DNA from: Octopus bimaculoides | Taxonomy: Eukaryota | Direction: 5' to 3' | NCBI RefSeq assembly: GCF_001194135.2 | Contig: NC_068998.1 | Coordinates: forward strand, 44,965,607 to 45,029,606 | DNA length: 64,000 nucleotides | Part shown: one piece after another, positions 38,271 to 50,975 of the stretch | How the letters are laid out: every line of letters begins with the position of its first letter | Numbering within the stretch: position 1 is the first letter of the stretch | Notes under the pieces: model-generated | The model's input: only the letters and a program-made list of their open reading frames with translations | The model's database searches: none | Told to the model about the DNA's origin: nothing | Program-made: the position numbers and the translations under genes

Positions 38271-39017
38271 GTCTATATTAGCAACATATGAGAACATTAG
38301 TGAAAAGGTGAAAGTGGAGTTCCTTGAGTGAAGTCCATGCTGGTATAGATGCTACTTTGCTGTTCTTACAGTGAAAAAGCAATGAATCTGGAATTGACTT
38401 AGTGAAACTTGTGTCAACAAAATGTTCGATTGTTCAGAAATTATGATATAAATATATCTACAAACATAATGTCACTCGTTCTTATAGCTGTTTGCAAATT
38501 TAGAAGCTTCATAATTTGCATTTTGAATTTTTTTGCAATTGTTACATAACAAAGTTGAATTGCTCGAAATGGAGTAACTATTCAGTTGGTAAAATATTTC
38601 AACTGAATGACTGCCATCAGACTTCATAAGGAATCTATGTTGTACTCTTGTGATTACTAGAGAAAAGTGTCAGTCAACATTTACAAAATTATGGATGATG
38701 ATATGCAATTGAGCTCTAAAGTGTAATGTCTATAAGTTCTGACATCAAATTATTTGATAAGGGCTTGTTCTGAAAGGTGCTACTAATACATTCAGGTATA
38801 TAAACACTTTCTATTGAATTGTTTTCGGATTATTGTATCTTTATATATATATATATATAAACAGTTTAGTTATTGAATCAGACATTTTTTTGTAAAAGGG
38901 AGGAAATTATATGAAAATTACTTTCCATTTTTGCACTTTCTTCATTGGCATTATATAATTATAGCATCACCACTACCAACTCTTCTTTCTCTTTAATTCC
39001 TCTTTTTCACATCAATA

Positions 39018-39242
39018 CTATTTGGTTACTGCATACATCTCAGCCTCATCTTTCTCTATTTTGCAATAAGGTCTACGATCTTTATTGATATTGTCATGAA
39101 ATTTCTGCTGTAAGTGTGGAGCTATTTGTGTGCAATTGGGAATATTTATTTGATCTTTGTCAATGTCTGTATAGCAAATGTCACATGTATATATATGAGA
39201 GACTTTTGAGTTCCCTTCAGCATCTCTTATATTATCTTCCAT
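39018..39242 (-). CDS. Candidate small ORF or exon, 74 aa, with CxxC motif (MEDNIRDAEG...YTCDICYTD...RRPYC...)
   Basis: Part of the 39018-39311 track ORF; D/E/K-rich coding-like composition unlike surrounding DNA; family not recognised. Confidence 0.28.
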   Translation of the reverse strand: MEDNIRDAEGNSKVSHIYTCDICYTDIDKDQINIPNCTQIAPHLQQKFHDNINKDRRPYCKIEKDEAEMYAVTK

Positions 39243-39904
39243 TGACAGGAATAGATGGCAAGGAAGATGTTGAAAGCTTTTTATGAGGGGTGAAGAGAGA
39301 ATTACTATCAATTGTACTTAGCTGTCATTCAGGTCATTGATGGCTGTCAACCTCATCATTAATAATTCATTCAGTGATTTTCCAGCTAATTTGTAAATAG
39401 CTGCCAACCTCAGACTTCAAATTTGTGCTTTGGGTTGTGAATTTAGCGGAAATTATTTTGTATGGTAGCTTTGTAAATATAAACCCTTGGATCCCATTGG
39501 AGAGTTTCCAGTGCATAACAATGAGAAATGTTTAATGAAATAAATCAACATTTTCTTTCCAATTCATGTTAGAAAATTATCACATCAAGGAATAATTCAG
39601 TCAAATCTGAAATTGATGCCAATAAAAGAGTTAGTACCTTGTTCAGGATTGCCTGATTGTCTGTCCTAAGATTATATCATCATCCTCATCATATCTCTAC
39701 ATTTCCATGCCTGCATAGGTCAGACAGAATTTGAGAAGGCAGATTAGATTTTCTATGGGAGGATACCTTTCCTGTCACCAACTCACACCTGTTTCCAAGC
39801 AAGGTATATCTTCAATGGCTAGACATGTTTTCTCTCGAAGACTGGAAATGAAAAACATTGCTTGTATGATGGTGATGCATGTTTACAACCATCATGGAAT
39901 GTCA

Positions 39905-40095
39905 AGACAAACACACACACACACGACCACATGATGGACTTCTTTCAATTTGTATATGCCAAATCCACTCACAAGTCCTTGGTTGACCTGGATCCATAGT
40001 AGAAGACACTTGCACACGGTGCCATACTGTAGGACTGAACCCCAAATCACATGGTTGAGAAACAGTTCTTTTAACTGCTCAGCTACACCTGTGCC
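39905..40095 (-). mobile_element. SINE family B head
   Basis: Match to family B head after (CA)n. Confidence 0.75.
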
Positions 40096-41280
40096 TTATT
40101 AGAATAATCTATTTTGGCCTTTCATTTCTAATGAAAGATGCCATACATTTCTATGTAGTGTCCCAGTAACTGTACTCTAATCAGCAATACTTCATCTCTA
40201 TTCAATGCTATATCTATTTGTAGACATCTCAGTAATAGTGCAGGTAGTTTTATATTGTATCTTCTGAATTTCGCATAGAAATCGCATTGACATTATGAGA
40301 CCATAACAAACAACTTATCAGTGACTGTTGAAACCATTGTTGCTTATTTTTTACTGTATCATTAGGTTAACATTCAGAGGTAGAAGTAAACCTGTCCTTT
40401 TGACTATTTTCCTGTTTATACTGCTTCAGTTTAAATGTTCTGTTATTATTTATGTAGATAAAAGTAAAGCAAATCCTCTATAAAAAGTTATATTATTTAT
40501 AGTCAACGTAGCAAAGCATCCTCAGCTGCACAAATAAATAAATAGAATTTTAATCAGTTGGACACATTAATATAATTTTTACTCAAATACTCTAATAGAG
40601 CACGAAGTTAGAAAACATACAACATAACAATACAACATAACTATATTGTTTATAAACACTCACCCATAGTACCCCATGATAAAATTCCCTCTGTATTAAC
40701 ATGATAGGTTTTATTAGTATCTTTCCCCTTTAACTGGTAGTTAACATCTTGATTCGGGGTCTTCCCCTGCCCAGCCTCCTTTATAGACAGTTACTTTATA
40801 CTACTCCTAAAATCTTGACAATATTTATGACCATGCCTATCTATGAGCTGTCAACTCACTCCTGCCCTCCATTCTAAACATACAGTCCTCTAGTCTTAGA
40901 TTTAGTAGTTGACAAAAAGACTAGTAAATTCAAAATGAACCACAATCCTTTACAATCTATGACTCCAATAAACTTCATGCATTTCTTGGAAGTGTAGTAT
41001 ATTCTTAGCTACAATAGCAACAACATGGATTTTCATTTTGATGTGTCTGATTGATTAAAATTCCATTTATTTATTTGTGCAACTGAGGAAAGCTCTGCAT
41101 TCAAATTGATGTAACGATTGCATTGTTCGATTAAATGGAGCCGCTTGAAACGGTCGTACTGCATCACTTCTTCATATCCTGTTGCTTATTTTGATTTTAC
41201 TCACCTTACTTTGAGCTGTACGGATAATACACCACTGACTTGGTGCTTCAACTTAAGTACCTAATTCAACGGAATCTCAA

Positions 41281-41750
41281 TTATATATACATATATATAT
41301 ATATATATATTATATACGTATGTATATATATATATATATTATATACGTATGTATATATATATATATATACATATGTATATATATATATATATATATACAT
41401 ATGTATGTATATGTATGTATACATATATATGTATGTATACATATGTATGTATATGTATGTATACATATATATGTATGTATACATATATATGTATGTATGT
41501 ATATGTATGTATACATATATATGTATGTATGTATATGTATGTATACATATATATGTATGTATACATATATATGTATGTATATATATATACGTATGTATGT
41601 ATACATACATATGTATGTATTTATGTATATATATATGGATGTATGTATACATACATATGTATGTATTTATGTCTATATATATGTATATATGTATATGTAT
41701 GTATACATACATATGTATGTATATATGTATATATATATGTATCTATGTAT
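41281..41750. repeat. Compound (TA)/(TATG)/(TACA) microsatellite, ~470 bp
   Basis: Almost unbroken purine-pyrimidine alternation; explains six stop-free ORFs in the track. Confidence 0.97.
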
Positions 41751-42228
41751 TTGGTCGCAAATACTTTATTTTCTATTACAAGTCTTTCATTCTATATATC
41801 TTGCATTCAATACAAGAATCTTTTTATTGGCCAGCCAATTATATTCACTAACATATTTTAAAATTTTCTTTTCTTATCAATTACTTGAACTACTGAATGT
41901 GTAAATTACTTAGACTTATGATATTTTTTACTGTACATTGGTTACAATTTTTACCGGTGACTCTGTCTTCTCTAATCATATCTAATTTTCTTGATCAACT
42001 ATAACGTAATGTTCCCTTTAGGAATAGCAATTCATTTACTTTCACTTCTATTAATTTTGACATATCTCGTTTGGTTCTCTTTAAGTGTTTTGTTGTTCTT
42101 TTATTTTGCTGAATTCAGTGTTTTCCTAACATTACTTGAACTCATACAACTACACTGTAATATCAATTAATAAACATGTGTCTAAATATTAATTCCTTTT
42201 TTTACTTTTACCACAAAACATTTAACAT

Positions 42229-42271
<43 letters not shown>

Positions 42272-43099
42272 CCATGAAGCTCACTAAATTCTCGTTATAA
42301 AATCTTATTCTTTCTTGAAAAAAGAAAAAAAAATTTGTTAGCTAATTTGTACTCATGAAAATGAGCTTTATATTTTTTTTTCTACCTTCCTTAAGCATAC
42401 ACATACATGCTTTTCCATTACATGCCTATTTATTTTTAACTGCGATTTGTTTCATTTTATGTTTTTTTTTCTTTGTGTTCCTTCAAATTACTCTTGGTAT
42501 AGACTTATGACCATATTTACATTTAGATTGAAGTAGATATTTGAACTTGTAACAACTTATCTGATTTTATTGGTTTGATTCCAGATTTGTAACCCTCCTT
42601 CTGACAAGTGTCATGTATAGTATTAGATCTGGGTTAATTAAATTGGCTTATGCCAAGAAAATAGTTAATATATGTGGCAAAAGTTTGATTCTTACTGTAA
42701 GAAAACATAATGCTCAATAGAAAATATGATAATTTTGTGCTAAAAGATAATTATGGAAGAAACTTAATGCCTTTCAATTAGTGAAGAAACACAGTTCATT
42801 AAATACCTACTGAATTCGAATGTATGTGTCACTGATCCAATTAAATTATTTGATTAGGAGAGAGTTTACAAGATATTCCATTATGATATAATGCATAGCA
42901 TTATCAAGAATATGGTATGTCGGTCCTCTATTATGCACCCCTTAATTAACAAATATATGATTTAATGTTAATTTATTTTATAGCTGAGATACTGATTGAC
43001 TTTTAAAATCTTTCAAATCATTCAAAATGTTACTCTTTCATGTTACTGAAATTGAAAATATCTGAGGATATAAAATAAATTCATATGCATGAGGATGCA

Positions 43100-43113
43100 T
43101 GCACGCACACACA

Positions 43114-43170
<57 letters not shown>
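43100..43170. repeat. (CA)n microsatellite
   Basis: Direct reading; similar tracts at 1689-1732, 13476-13520, 26498-26583, 42231-42268, 58540-58584. Confidence 0.95.
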
Positions 43171-43173
<3 letters not shown>

Positions 43174-44797
43174 CATATACATACACGCTGTTGCATTCAT
43201 ACTTAAGAAATACAGGAAAATCAGTTTGTAAATAATTTCATGACAACTACTGCTTAATTAACAAATATGTGACATTTGAATTTTCTCATAGCTCGTGATA
43301 AGATGCTGCAAATCTGTTTCAAAATATATCTCCAGCTTCCTTTGCTGAAGCAGTTTTCCAACTTAAAAATGTCAGCATTCACATTTTCTGATAGTTATTA
43401 TCTCCGTGAATGTTGTTGTTCTTGTTTTCATCATCATCATCATCATCATCATCATCTATGATGAACTGTTTACTGATGTGTAGTTGTTGCTGTTACTGGG
43501 ATTATGAACACCATCAAAGGAATGATGTTAGAATCTCAGTATTCCCTGATTGCCAAACCGCAAAGTAATCTTTTATATGTTAAGGTCATGATACATAATG
43601 CTATAATTAAATAAAGCAAAAACTATATACAAGGTTTTATGAAGATTCTGAAATCTAAAGCTTTATTCTTAGTGATCTAGAAACAAAGCAATAATGGCTA
43701 TTCTGTGGAAACGTATTAAAAGAAATTAATCACTTTACTTTTGGAAACTCAGTTTTCTTATTGGATTACTTCAATCTTAATAACAGATTTCTTATTGATT
43801 CAGAGAGAGAGACACAGAGAGACTGAGATATATAAAGAATAAGAGTTAGAAAGAACATATCATTAAAATATTTGGAAAATACAATCAAATTTAGTAGGGT
43901 TCCAAATCCGAAACAGAAATAACCAGTTCTGTTTAGTGATTTAACTCTGAATTCAGTACACTACCTCTCTGTTTAATCATGATATACTTCATATGAGTAT
44001 TTAATATTTAATATGTGTTGAGGATAGATTAGATAAGTTGGGTAATATAAAGACAAAAGCCACTGTCGCATTTCAGTCTAATAAGATTTATACTAAGGAA
44101 AGAGTATATTAATGCCTTTTCAAAAAATGGTAACAGAATTGGTTGGAAATGATTTCAACTAAGAGACAAGTGGTATCATACACTGTGGAGTGTGCTATGA
44201 AGCACTCATTACTCTCTTGAAATATATTAAAGGCAAGTAAAACCTAAGTGGGAATAAAATTATTTTCATTGGATTAAATTTTTTAATTAAAATGAAAAGT
44301 GACTTGGTATGATCATGTATTTGTTGTATCAATTTAGATTTGTGTATTAACTAATTTTCTGTTTGTTTAGAATTATGATGAACTGATTGGGAAGAAAATT
44401 GGTCAAAGCTATTGAATAATTTTACAAGATTATGTATAATAATAGCAATTTATTCTAAAATAGATGAAAATCTGGTGACAATTATATTTTCAGACATAAT
44501 CAGGAATAAAAATATATTAATCCTGTAAGAAGAAAATTAACTATTCAAATATCATTTAGCAATAAAATCAGATTTTAAATTGATGTAATGGAACAGTCAG
44601 AGGAATTTTAATTTCTTCCATAATTTGTATTCATATGCATTGATTCCATTTTGCTATGACATAATATATGAATAAGCTACTTCTGAAAACAGCTGAAAGT
44701 TTTAGAAATTTGTAGCTTTTAATTAGCTTTCAATTATTCACACTAAACAAGAATGTAAGAAAAATAAGAAAAGTTACATGTAATTTGTTGATTCAAG

Positions 44798-44889
44798 AAA
44801 TAACTTGAAGAATTCCGTATTAGTTAATCTCGATCTGCATATTATTGATGATTGTCACGAATTCAGTAGACAGTTGAGTGCTGAGTTCA
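44798..44889 (+). CDS. Candidate exon, phase 2 to 1 (NNLKNSVLVNLDLHIIDDCHEFSRQLSAEF)
   Basis: Acceptor atttgttgattcaag (weak), donor CA|gtaaag, coding-like composition, 3 CpG. Confidence 0.25.
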
Positions 44890-47319
44890 GTAAAGATTCA
44901 TTTATTTGACACACACAAATAGAACACATGAAAGTGTATTGGAATAGAATTTCCAGAGTAGTACTGGGGCAATAAATGTGAAAGAAAGAAAAAGAGTTTA
45001 AAATAAAATAAATGCATTCATGAATTTCTTCATTTCAACAGCAAATATTGACAGAATTCTGTAAAATGTGGCAGGCCAAGAGATTGTGGGTTTTGTGATT
45101 GATATAATCAATTAGTTTTTCATATCTCCTACACACATAGTGAAATTGATTTTCCTTTCGTCACCAGTTCATATGATTGAAGCTGAGTCTTACCATTTGA
45201 TACTTAAGGCTTCTTAAAAATCTTTCAATGTTTACCTTTTGTTAGCAAACACAGACTTAATGTTTTTAAATTAACATTGAGCTTGGAGAAAATTACACTT
45301 TTTTTTTATATGAGAATATAAAGAGAGAAAAAAGCATTAATAGCATTAAAAGTCCAAAATATTAACCGAAAATAAAAATTAAAGGTCAAATAACAATGTA
45401 AGCAGTGATCTGTAGGACTGTATGATCCAATACTGAAAAGAGAAACTAAGTTTCACATAAGAACAAATATTTACTCTTATTTTTAAAGAATAGTTTGTAA
45501 TATGGTGACTAAGTAAACTAGGGTAATATTTAAATTCGTTTCAGTGATGAAAATTTTCAATGTTTGTCTCTGAAGGTCTTTTGAAGCTAAATGGTTGATT
45601 TACATTAATGTGGTGGCTTTTTCTTTGCTCAAGTACTCAATATCAGTTAAGAAGTTGTACAAGGAAGTAAGTTGCACATTAAAAACATGTTATATTATAA
45701 TAATTATGGTACTGGTAATTATACCTGTCATCATCATTGTAATCATCATCAGTAAACTATAAGAAGTAATAAGAAAGCTTAATGTGTACCACATGAAATA
45801 TTTTGCAGGTCAAAGGTGAGGAGCTTAAAATACAAGGGAGAGACTCCTGTAATCATGTTGGTGGAGACTAGGAGAATTGTAATTTCCAAATGTATAAGGC
45901 TTTGGATAAAAAAATTTTATTGATGAGATTTTTATCAAGTTTGGTCATTCAGATTCTTTTACTTTATTTATGTGAAATTAATCATAAGCAAAGACGTCTT
46001 AGAAGTAATAACTAGATTTTTGTTGAGTGATTCCTTCATCTGAAATTCTAAGTTAAATTCTGTCATGGCTAATTAACCTCATCCTATTTGTGTTACAGTA
46101 ATTACTGAGAACAGTAACACATCAGGTAAAATTTCTATCTGTAATAGAATACAAATATGTAGATCTGCTATCAGTAATTCTTTATTCTATTTTTTCTAAT
46201 CATGGATATTCTCCAAAGAAGGAAATCAAGGCATTCATTTGCTGAAGCAGATGGATGATCTACAACTGACTGACTTGTAAGGAAGCTACTGAAAAATGTT
46301 GTTCTCAAGCTATTTGAAGTGGGATGCAGTATTGTAGGTTACCATTATGTCTTCTCCAGAACACATAAGAATTTTAGTACAACATTGCAAACTAATGAAG
46401 CAATTGTCAAATGTACAATTGTTCCAGTGCATACATTACTGAACTGTATTTTATTCTAGTTCTCTGTGAACTAGGTTTTGAATGTGTTTGCTTGTGCTAT
46501 AATACACCAGCATGCTGGAATGTTACTGAATCACCTAACTGTGATTTTTACTGAATAGTTCACCGAAATGTATCAGTCCAGTTGATCATTAGGGAAAATA
46601 AAAACAGCAGACATGCTGAACCTATTAGGAAAAACATTGTTTTAATTCATTGTGTAAGACTAGTTGATCACACAGTAACAGAACAAGAGAGTCTGTTACA
46701 GAAATAGAATGAATTGTTAAGAGCACATTAAATCATGTGTGTTACTTGTCAAATAAAGGGTATGCTGTTGAAGGCATGTAAACTGCAATGTGATTATTGA
46801 GTCAGGTAAGAAAGATATTTCCTGACTGTGATGAAATATTGTTATGCATATATGTTGCCACAGGGAAAAGTAGTTAAGAATATTTCCTATGCATGTATAA
46901 GAAAAACAAATTGTTGTTAAAGTGTTAGCCCACTAAACATAGTAGTCAAGATGCTGACAAGAAAAATCCAGATGTTGCTCATCATTTCACTGTTGCTCTG
47001 AGATCACCAATTTTCTTTTATCCAAACAGGTCTATAAGCCTGGGATGGAGAAAACATTAAATAAGTGAAATCTACCTTCGATTCCTACCAAGAATCAATA
47101 AGAGTTTACAAAATAGACATCCTGTAGTTTTTCAGTTATAACTTCAGAAATACGAAACTATATGGTGTATGAAAATTTATAATGCATTTAGCCAATTAAA
47201 CCCTAGCTAAAGATTTTAATGGTACTTGATTAATAAGTTGCCTAATTATCTTAGGATAAGCATCACGAAAATTGAGGAAAATTTATAAGAAGAGAATTAA
47301 AACCAATAAATTGTTACTG

Positions 47320-47830
47320 AACATCTTTTGATAATGATTTGTACAACTTTTGATAATGCTTTAAGATGACTGAAAGAAGCTTATCTGAAGCCACTAAATG
47401 AAATATGTGAGACAATTTCTGTGTACACAATTCCAAAATCCCAATGAAAACAGATAAATTTCTCGAAGACTTAATCATATTAACTCATGGCAATTCTAGC
47501 ACTGTACTAGCTGAAGGAAGTAATTCTTTTCTAAACGAAATGCATTGAAGCTTTATCAAGACCATACTACTTGAGAATATAGCATTAATATTGGATAGTG
47601 CCATACATGAGGCTAGATCTTTGAAACAAGCCTAACCTAAGGCAAAACCAAACCATATGCCTCTTGATTTTGATGGGTACTCATGTTAGCAAGTGGTAAA
47701 ATTTAACACTCACCCTCAGCAAACCCCTTAAATTTGCAGAATGAGCTTTTTTTTTTTTTGGCAACTCAAAGATCCACCTTTGTACCTCACATCCAGTTGT
47801 GATGGTCACACTCTTTCCACTCCTCAATCT
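47320..47830 (+). mobile_element. Decayed Gypsy-like gag remnant
   Basis: TFDNALR*LKEAYLKPLNEI and TILLENIALILDSAIHEARSLKQA resemble Gypsy gag motifs (L...Y.KP.NE; LLEN..L.L..A...ARSLE.A); a degenerate knuckle-like GNSKIHLC follows. Confidence 0.5.
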
Positions 47831-48229
47831 AAGGGATCTTCTCAAGTTATTCAACCAAAGTTTGCTAATACAGTATAGATCTTAAAGAATTCATAGGTAC
47901 AAATCTTTAGAAAATTTTAAGAGAAGGTATAATAGAACCATGTAATTCCCTATGGTGGATGCAAGTTCTGATTGTTACTGGAAACTCTGGGAAGAACAGT
48001 GCAGTGACGGTAATGAACTTTGGGAATTGGATATACAGTAAGTCTATATCCAAGAGTTCTGATCAAGGACCACAGATGATGTCTGTCAAGGATAATCAAC
48101 ATGATCTTTTGATATTATTTTGGTCTTTAAATTTCATCTAACATTCTTCTCCAAGATTACTGTACTATATATATATATATATTCATGTCTAAGATTAAAA
48201 AGAAACTCAATATATGAATCTAATTGTTG

Positions 48230-48478
48230 TGAGTGTGTGTGTGTATATATTTACGTGTGTGTGTGTCTCTGTTTTTCCTCACCAGCGCTTGACAACCGAT
48301 GTTGGTGTGTTTAACAACACTAACTTAGCAGTTCAGCAAAAGAGAACGATAGAATAAGTACTAAGCTTACAAAGAATAAGTACTAGGGTCAGTTTCTTTG
48401 ACTAAAAACCCTTTGACACAATGCTCCAGCATGGCAACAGTCACATGACTGAAACAAGTAAAAAATAAAAAGAATAAA
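48230..48478 (+). mobile_element. SINE family B tail module
   Basis: (TG)n then agcgcttgacaaccgatgttggtg...cagcatggcaacagtcacatgactgaaacaagtaaaa. Confidence 0.8.
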
Positions 48479-48790
48479 CATAAATATATTCCAATGTGTT
48501 TTAACTTCTTAGCTTATCTAATTTCACATGGATAATTGTTCCAATCCAGAATACCTTTGAAAGCCTAAAAAACTATTTATATCGCAAAATAGAAAAGAAT
48601 TACAAGGGGCCCATGGATTTTTTTTTTTAGTTCAATGTCAAAGGAATTCCCTCCTACTCTTTAAAAACTAAGCTCTTTGCTGACCCAAGTTTCCTTATAT
48701 CATAGGGTGCTATAGAAGGGGACATCAATTGTATTTGAATGATATTAAATGAGAAGCTGTTACTGTTATTGCAAAGGATTTGTTTTTTAC

Positions 48791-48880
48791 CATTGAAATA
48801 TTTTGCTGATGGAATTATTGCTGTAGCATTATTACAAGTTAGTAGATTCCTGATATTTTCCTCAAGGTTCTTAACTAAAT
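48791..48880 (-). CDS. Candidate symmetric exon, phase 1 (LVKNLEENIRNLLTCNNATAIIPSAKYFN)
   Basis: Minus-strand acceptor aacacttttttccag, donor TG|gtaaaa, 90 nt; frame stays open a further ~45 codons. Confidence 0.22.
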
Positions 48881-49329
48881 CTGGAAAAAAGTGTTAGCTC
48901 TTTGTGGCAATTGATGTTTATGCTGTTATAAAATCATATGGAAATATTCCTGCATGAAATATTATAATTCAGTAATAGATCAAACTACATTTCATCCATG
49001 TTTTACAATAAAAACCATGGAAAAAAATAAATATGTTTAATAGTCAATAAATGATGATAAAGATTGTATGATGGGTTCATTAAAATCTATACATGGGTAG
49101 TAACAAATTGTTAAATGGAGGAAGATGTGATAAGAGCTGCTTATCTATACAAGCAGTTACATCCCTTATATCTTCTAGAACCACACCAGTCATCACTGCT
49201 GATGATAGATATCTCTTTTAAATTTATTAAAGCCTTTTTTTTTATCTGGAACTTTATTTATCACACCAGCAGATAAGCTCATAGTGGAGCTGATGAATTT
49301 GTAAGATATAGTAGAGAAGTGTGTAAGGG

Positions 49330-49660
49330 GCTGTTAACCCCATAAGGCAGCTACATGTTTGCCATAGTCAAAGGTATGTTATATTTAAGAAAGGGTCAGT
49401 TCATTTGGTTACTGCACAGGATGACCAAAACCCATCCTATGCCAGTAATAGAATATAGTCTTCATGAAGCTGTTTTGGTGTGACAATCAGAGATAGGAAA
49501 GAAATTTGTTAGCATGCAAAGAACTTTAGATGGAAATTATTTTATCCCATAATCAAATGGTCAGTGAGTATATTAAAGGAATGTTTCTGGACAACTATTA
49601 TGTTTATGTGTGAAAGTAATAGAAATAAGTTTGTAACTGGAACAGCTGGATCCTGCCAGA
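49330..49660 (+). mobile_element. Decayed Gypsy-like integrase core remnant
   Basis: FGVTIRDRKE / IGKKFVS (SDxGxxF-like) and IP*SNGQ (HPQSNG-like) in expected order, heavily interrupted. Confidence 0.35.
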
Positions 49661-50843
49661 ACACAGACACACATGCGAATACATGCACAAAAAAAATTTT
49701 AATGAAATAAGAATTCAGTCCATTTAATCAGGTTTCATGTTATTAACTGTAATACAAATGTCTGTTCAGCTTTTTTTTTTTCGTTGTATTCTGGGTTTTA
49801 TTAATGTAAAGCAATATTTCATAATTTAAGGATGACAGAAGAGGAAATGCAAGTTCTGTACAATTTAATAACATATTCTGACCATTTGTATGGGTCATTT
49901 GAATGTCTTGACTAATTAAACAAAATATTAAAGAATTATTCATGCTTAGTATTTTCATGTATTGGTAATAACTTCTGTAGTGAAGTTAATTATATTTTCA
50001 TCCTGGCATCACTGTTGGTGTGCTTTGATTTTTTTACCTAGGGATAACATTATGACATTAATTATTTGTTAAGAAAAGAAAAAGAATTACATAAAATTAT
50101 ACTAAATATCTGTCATCTCCTGTTATTATCACTATCAGATTCATTTTTACCAATGCACCGGTTCTAATTTTTAACTATTTGGTAATAATTTAGTGAGTTA
50201 TACCTCTATACATATGGAAGTATAATACTAAAAAATGCGAAAGGGATCTCTTTTGCATAATGTGAGAGTTATATAATTTGAGTAGTACTTTTATTCTTCT
50301 TCATTTCTCTTACAGCATAAAGTGCTGTGGAATCTATTTGGAGATTTATGTACCTTAAACACCAGATGTTCAGAAAAAAATTTCATAACTGATGATTTCC
50401 ATACCTAATTACTATAAACTTATAAATTTATGTTATATAATAATAATATAGGAAATATAAATACTGGATTTTGTGTTTTATTTTTGGAACTAAATATGAA
50501 GAGTCTAAGTATTGTATAACACAGAAACAGTCAAGATATCACTGTCTGAATTTATAAGATTGCTTAAGCAGAAATTGAAACCTTGAACATTAAATATCAC
50601 AGCTAATGGAAACACATCCTTCCTAATAAACAGCACTGCTACTATCATGAAAGATGTTCTACATCTTGATTAGTTACAAATAAGTATGATAGCAAAGCTC
50701 AAATTCTCCTGTTTTAGATTTTGCCCGCTATACTTTCAAAAAATTAAATAATCATTAAAAAGCTGAAATTATATCAATGATAAATGTATTTTTCACCAGT
50801 AGTAGCACATTTTGTTTTTAACCTGCTTCTGTTTATATCCTAG

Positions 50844-50975
50844 ATAGTTGTGGCAAATACAATGATCGCTTTACTTTGAAATATTTCCTGGAAAGACAAA
50901 AGAAATCAAATAGCAGAAAAAATAATAAAGAACAACTGAATGTCATGCATCATATTCTTGTTTTGGTATTTATTG
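50844..50975 (+). CDS. Candidate symmetric exon, phase 1 (SCGKYNDRFTLKYFLERQKKSNSRKNNKEQLNVMHHILVLVFI)
   Basis: Acceptor cctgcttctgtttatatcctag, donor TG|gtaatt, 132 nt open. Confidence 0.3.

Noticed and set aside
36449-38291. YI/VC/HT-repeat ORFs at 36449-36701 and 38007-38291
   Set aside because: Microsatellite translations.
39150-39190. YTCDIC as an octopus C2H2 zinc finger
   Set aside because: No HxxxH pair at the right spacing and no TGEKP linker.
41240-41904. Six overlapping ORFs up to 203 aa rich in Y/I/M/C/V/H/T
   Set aside because: Stop-free translation of TA/TATG satellite.
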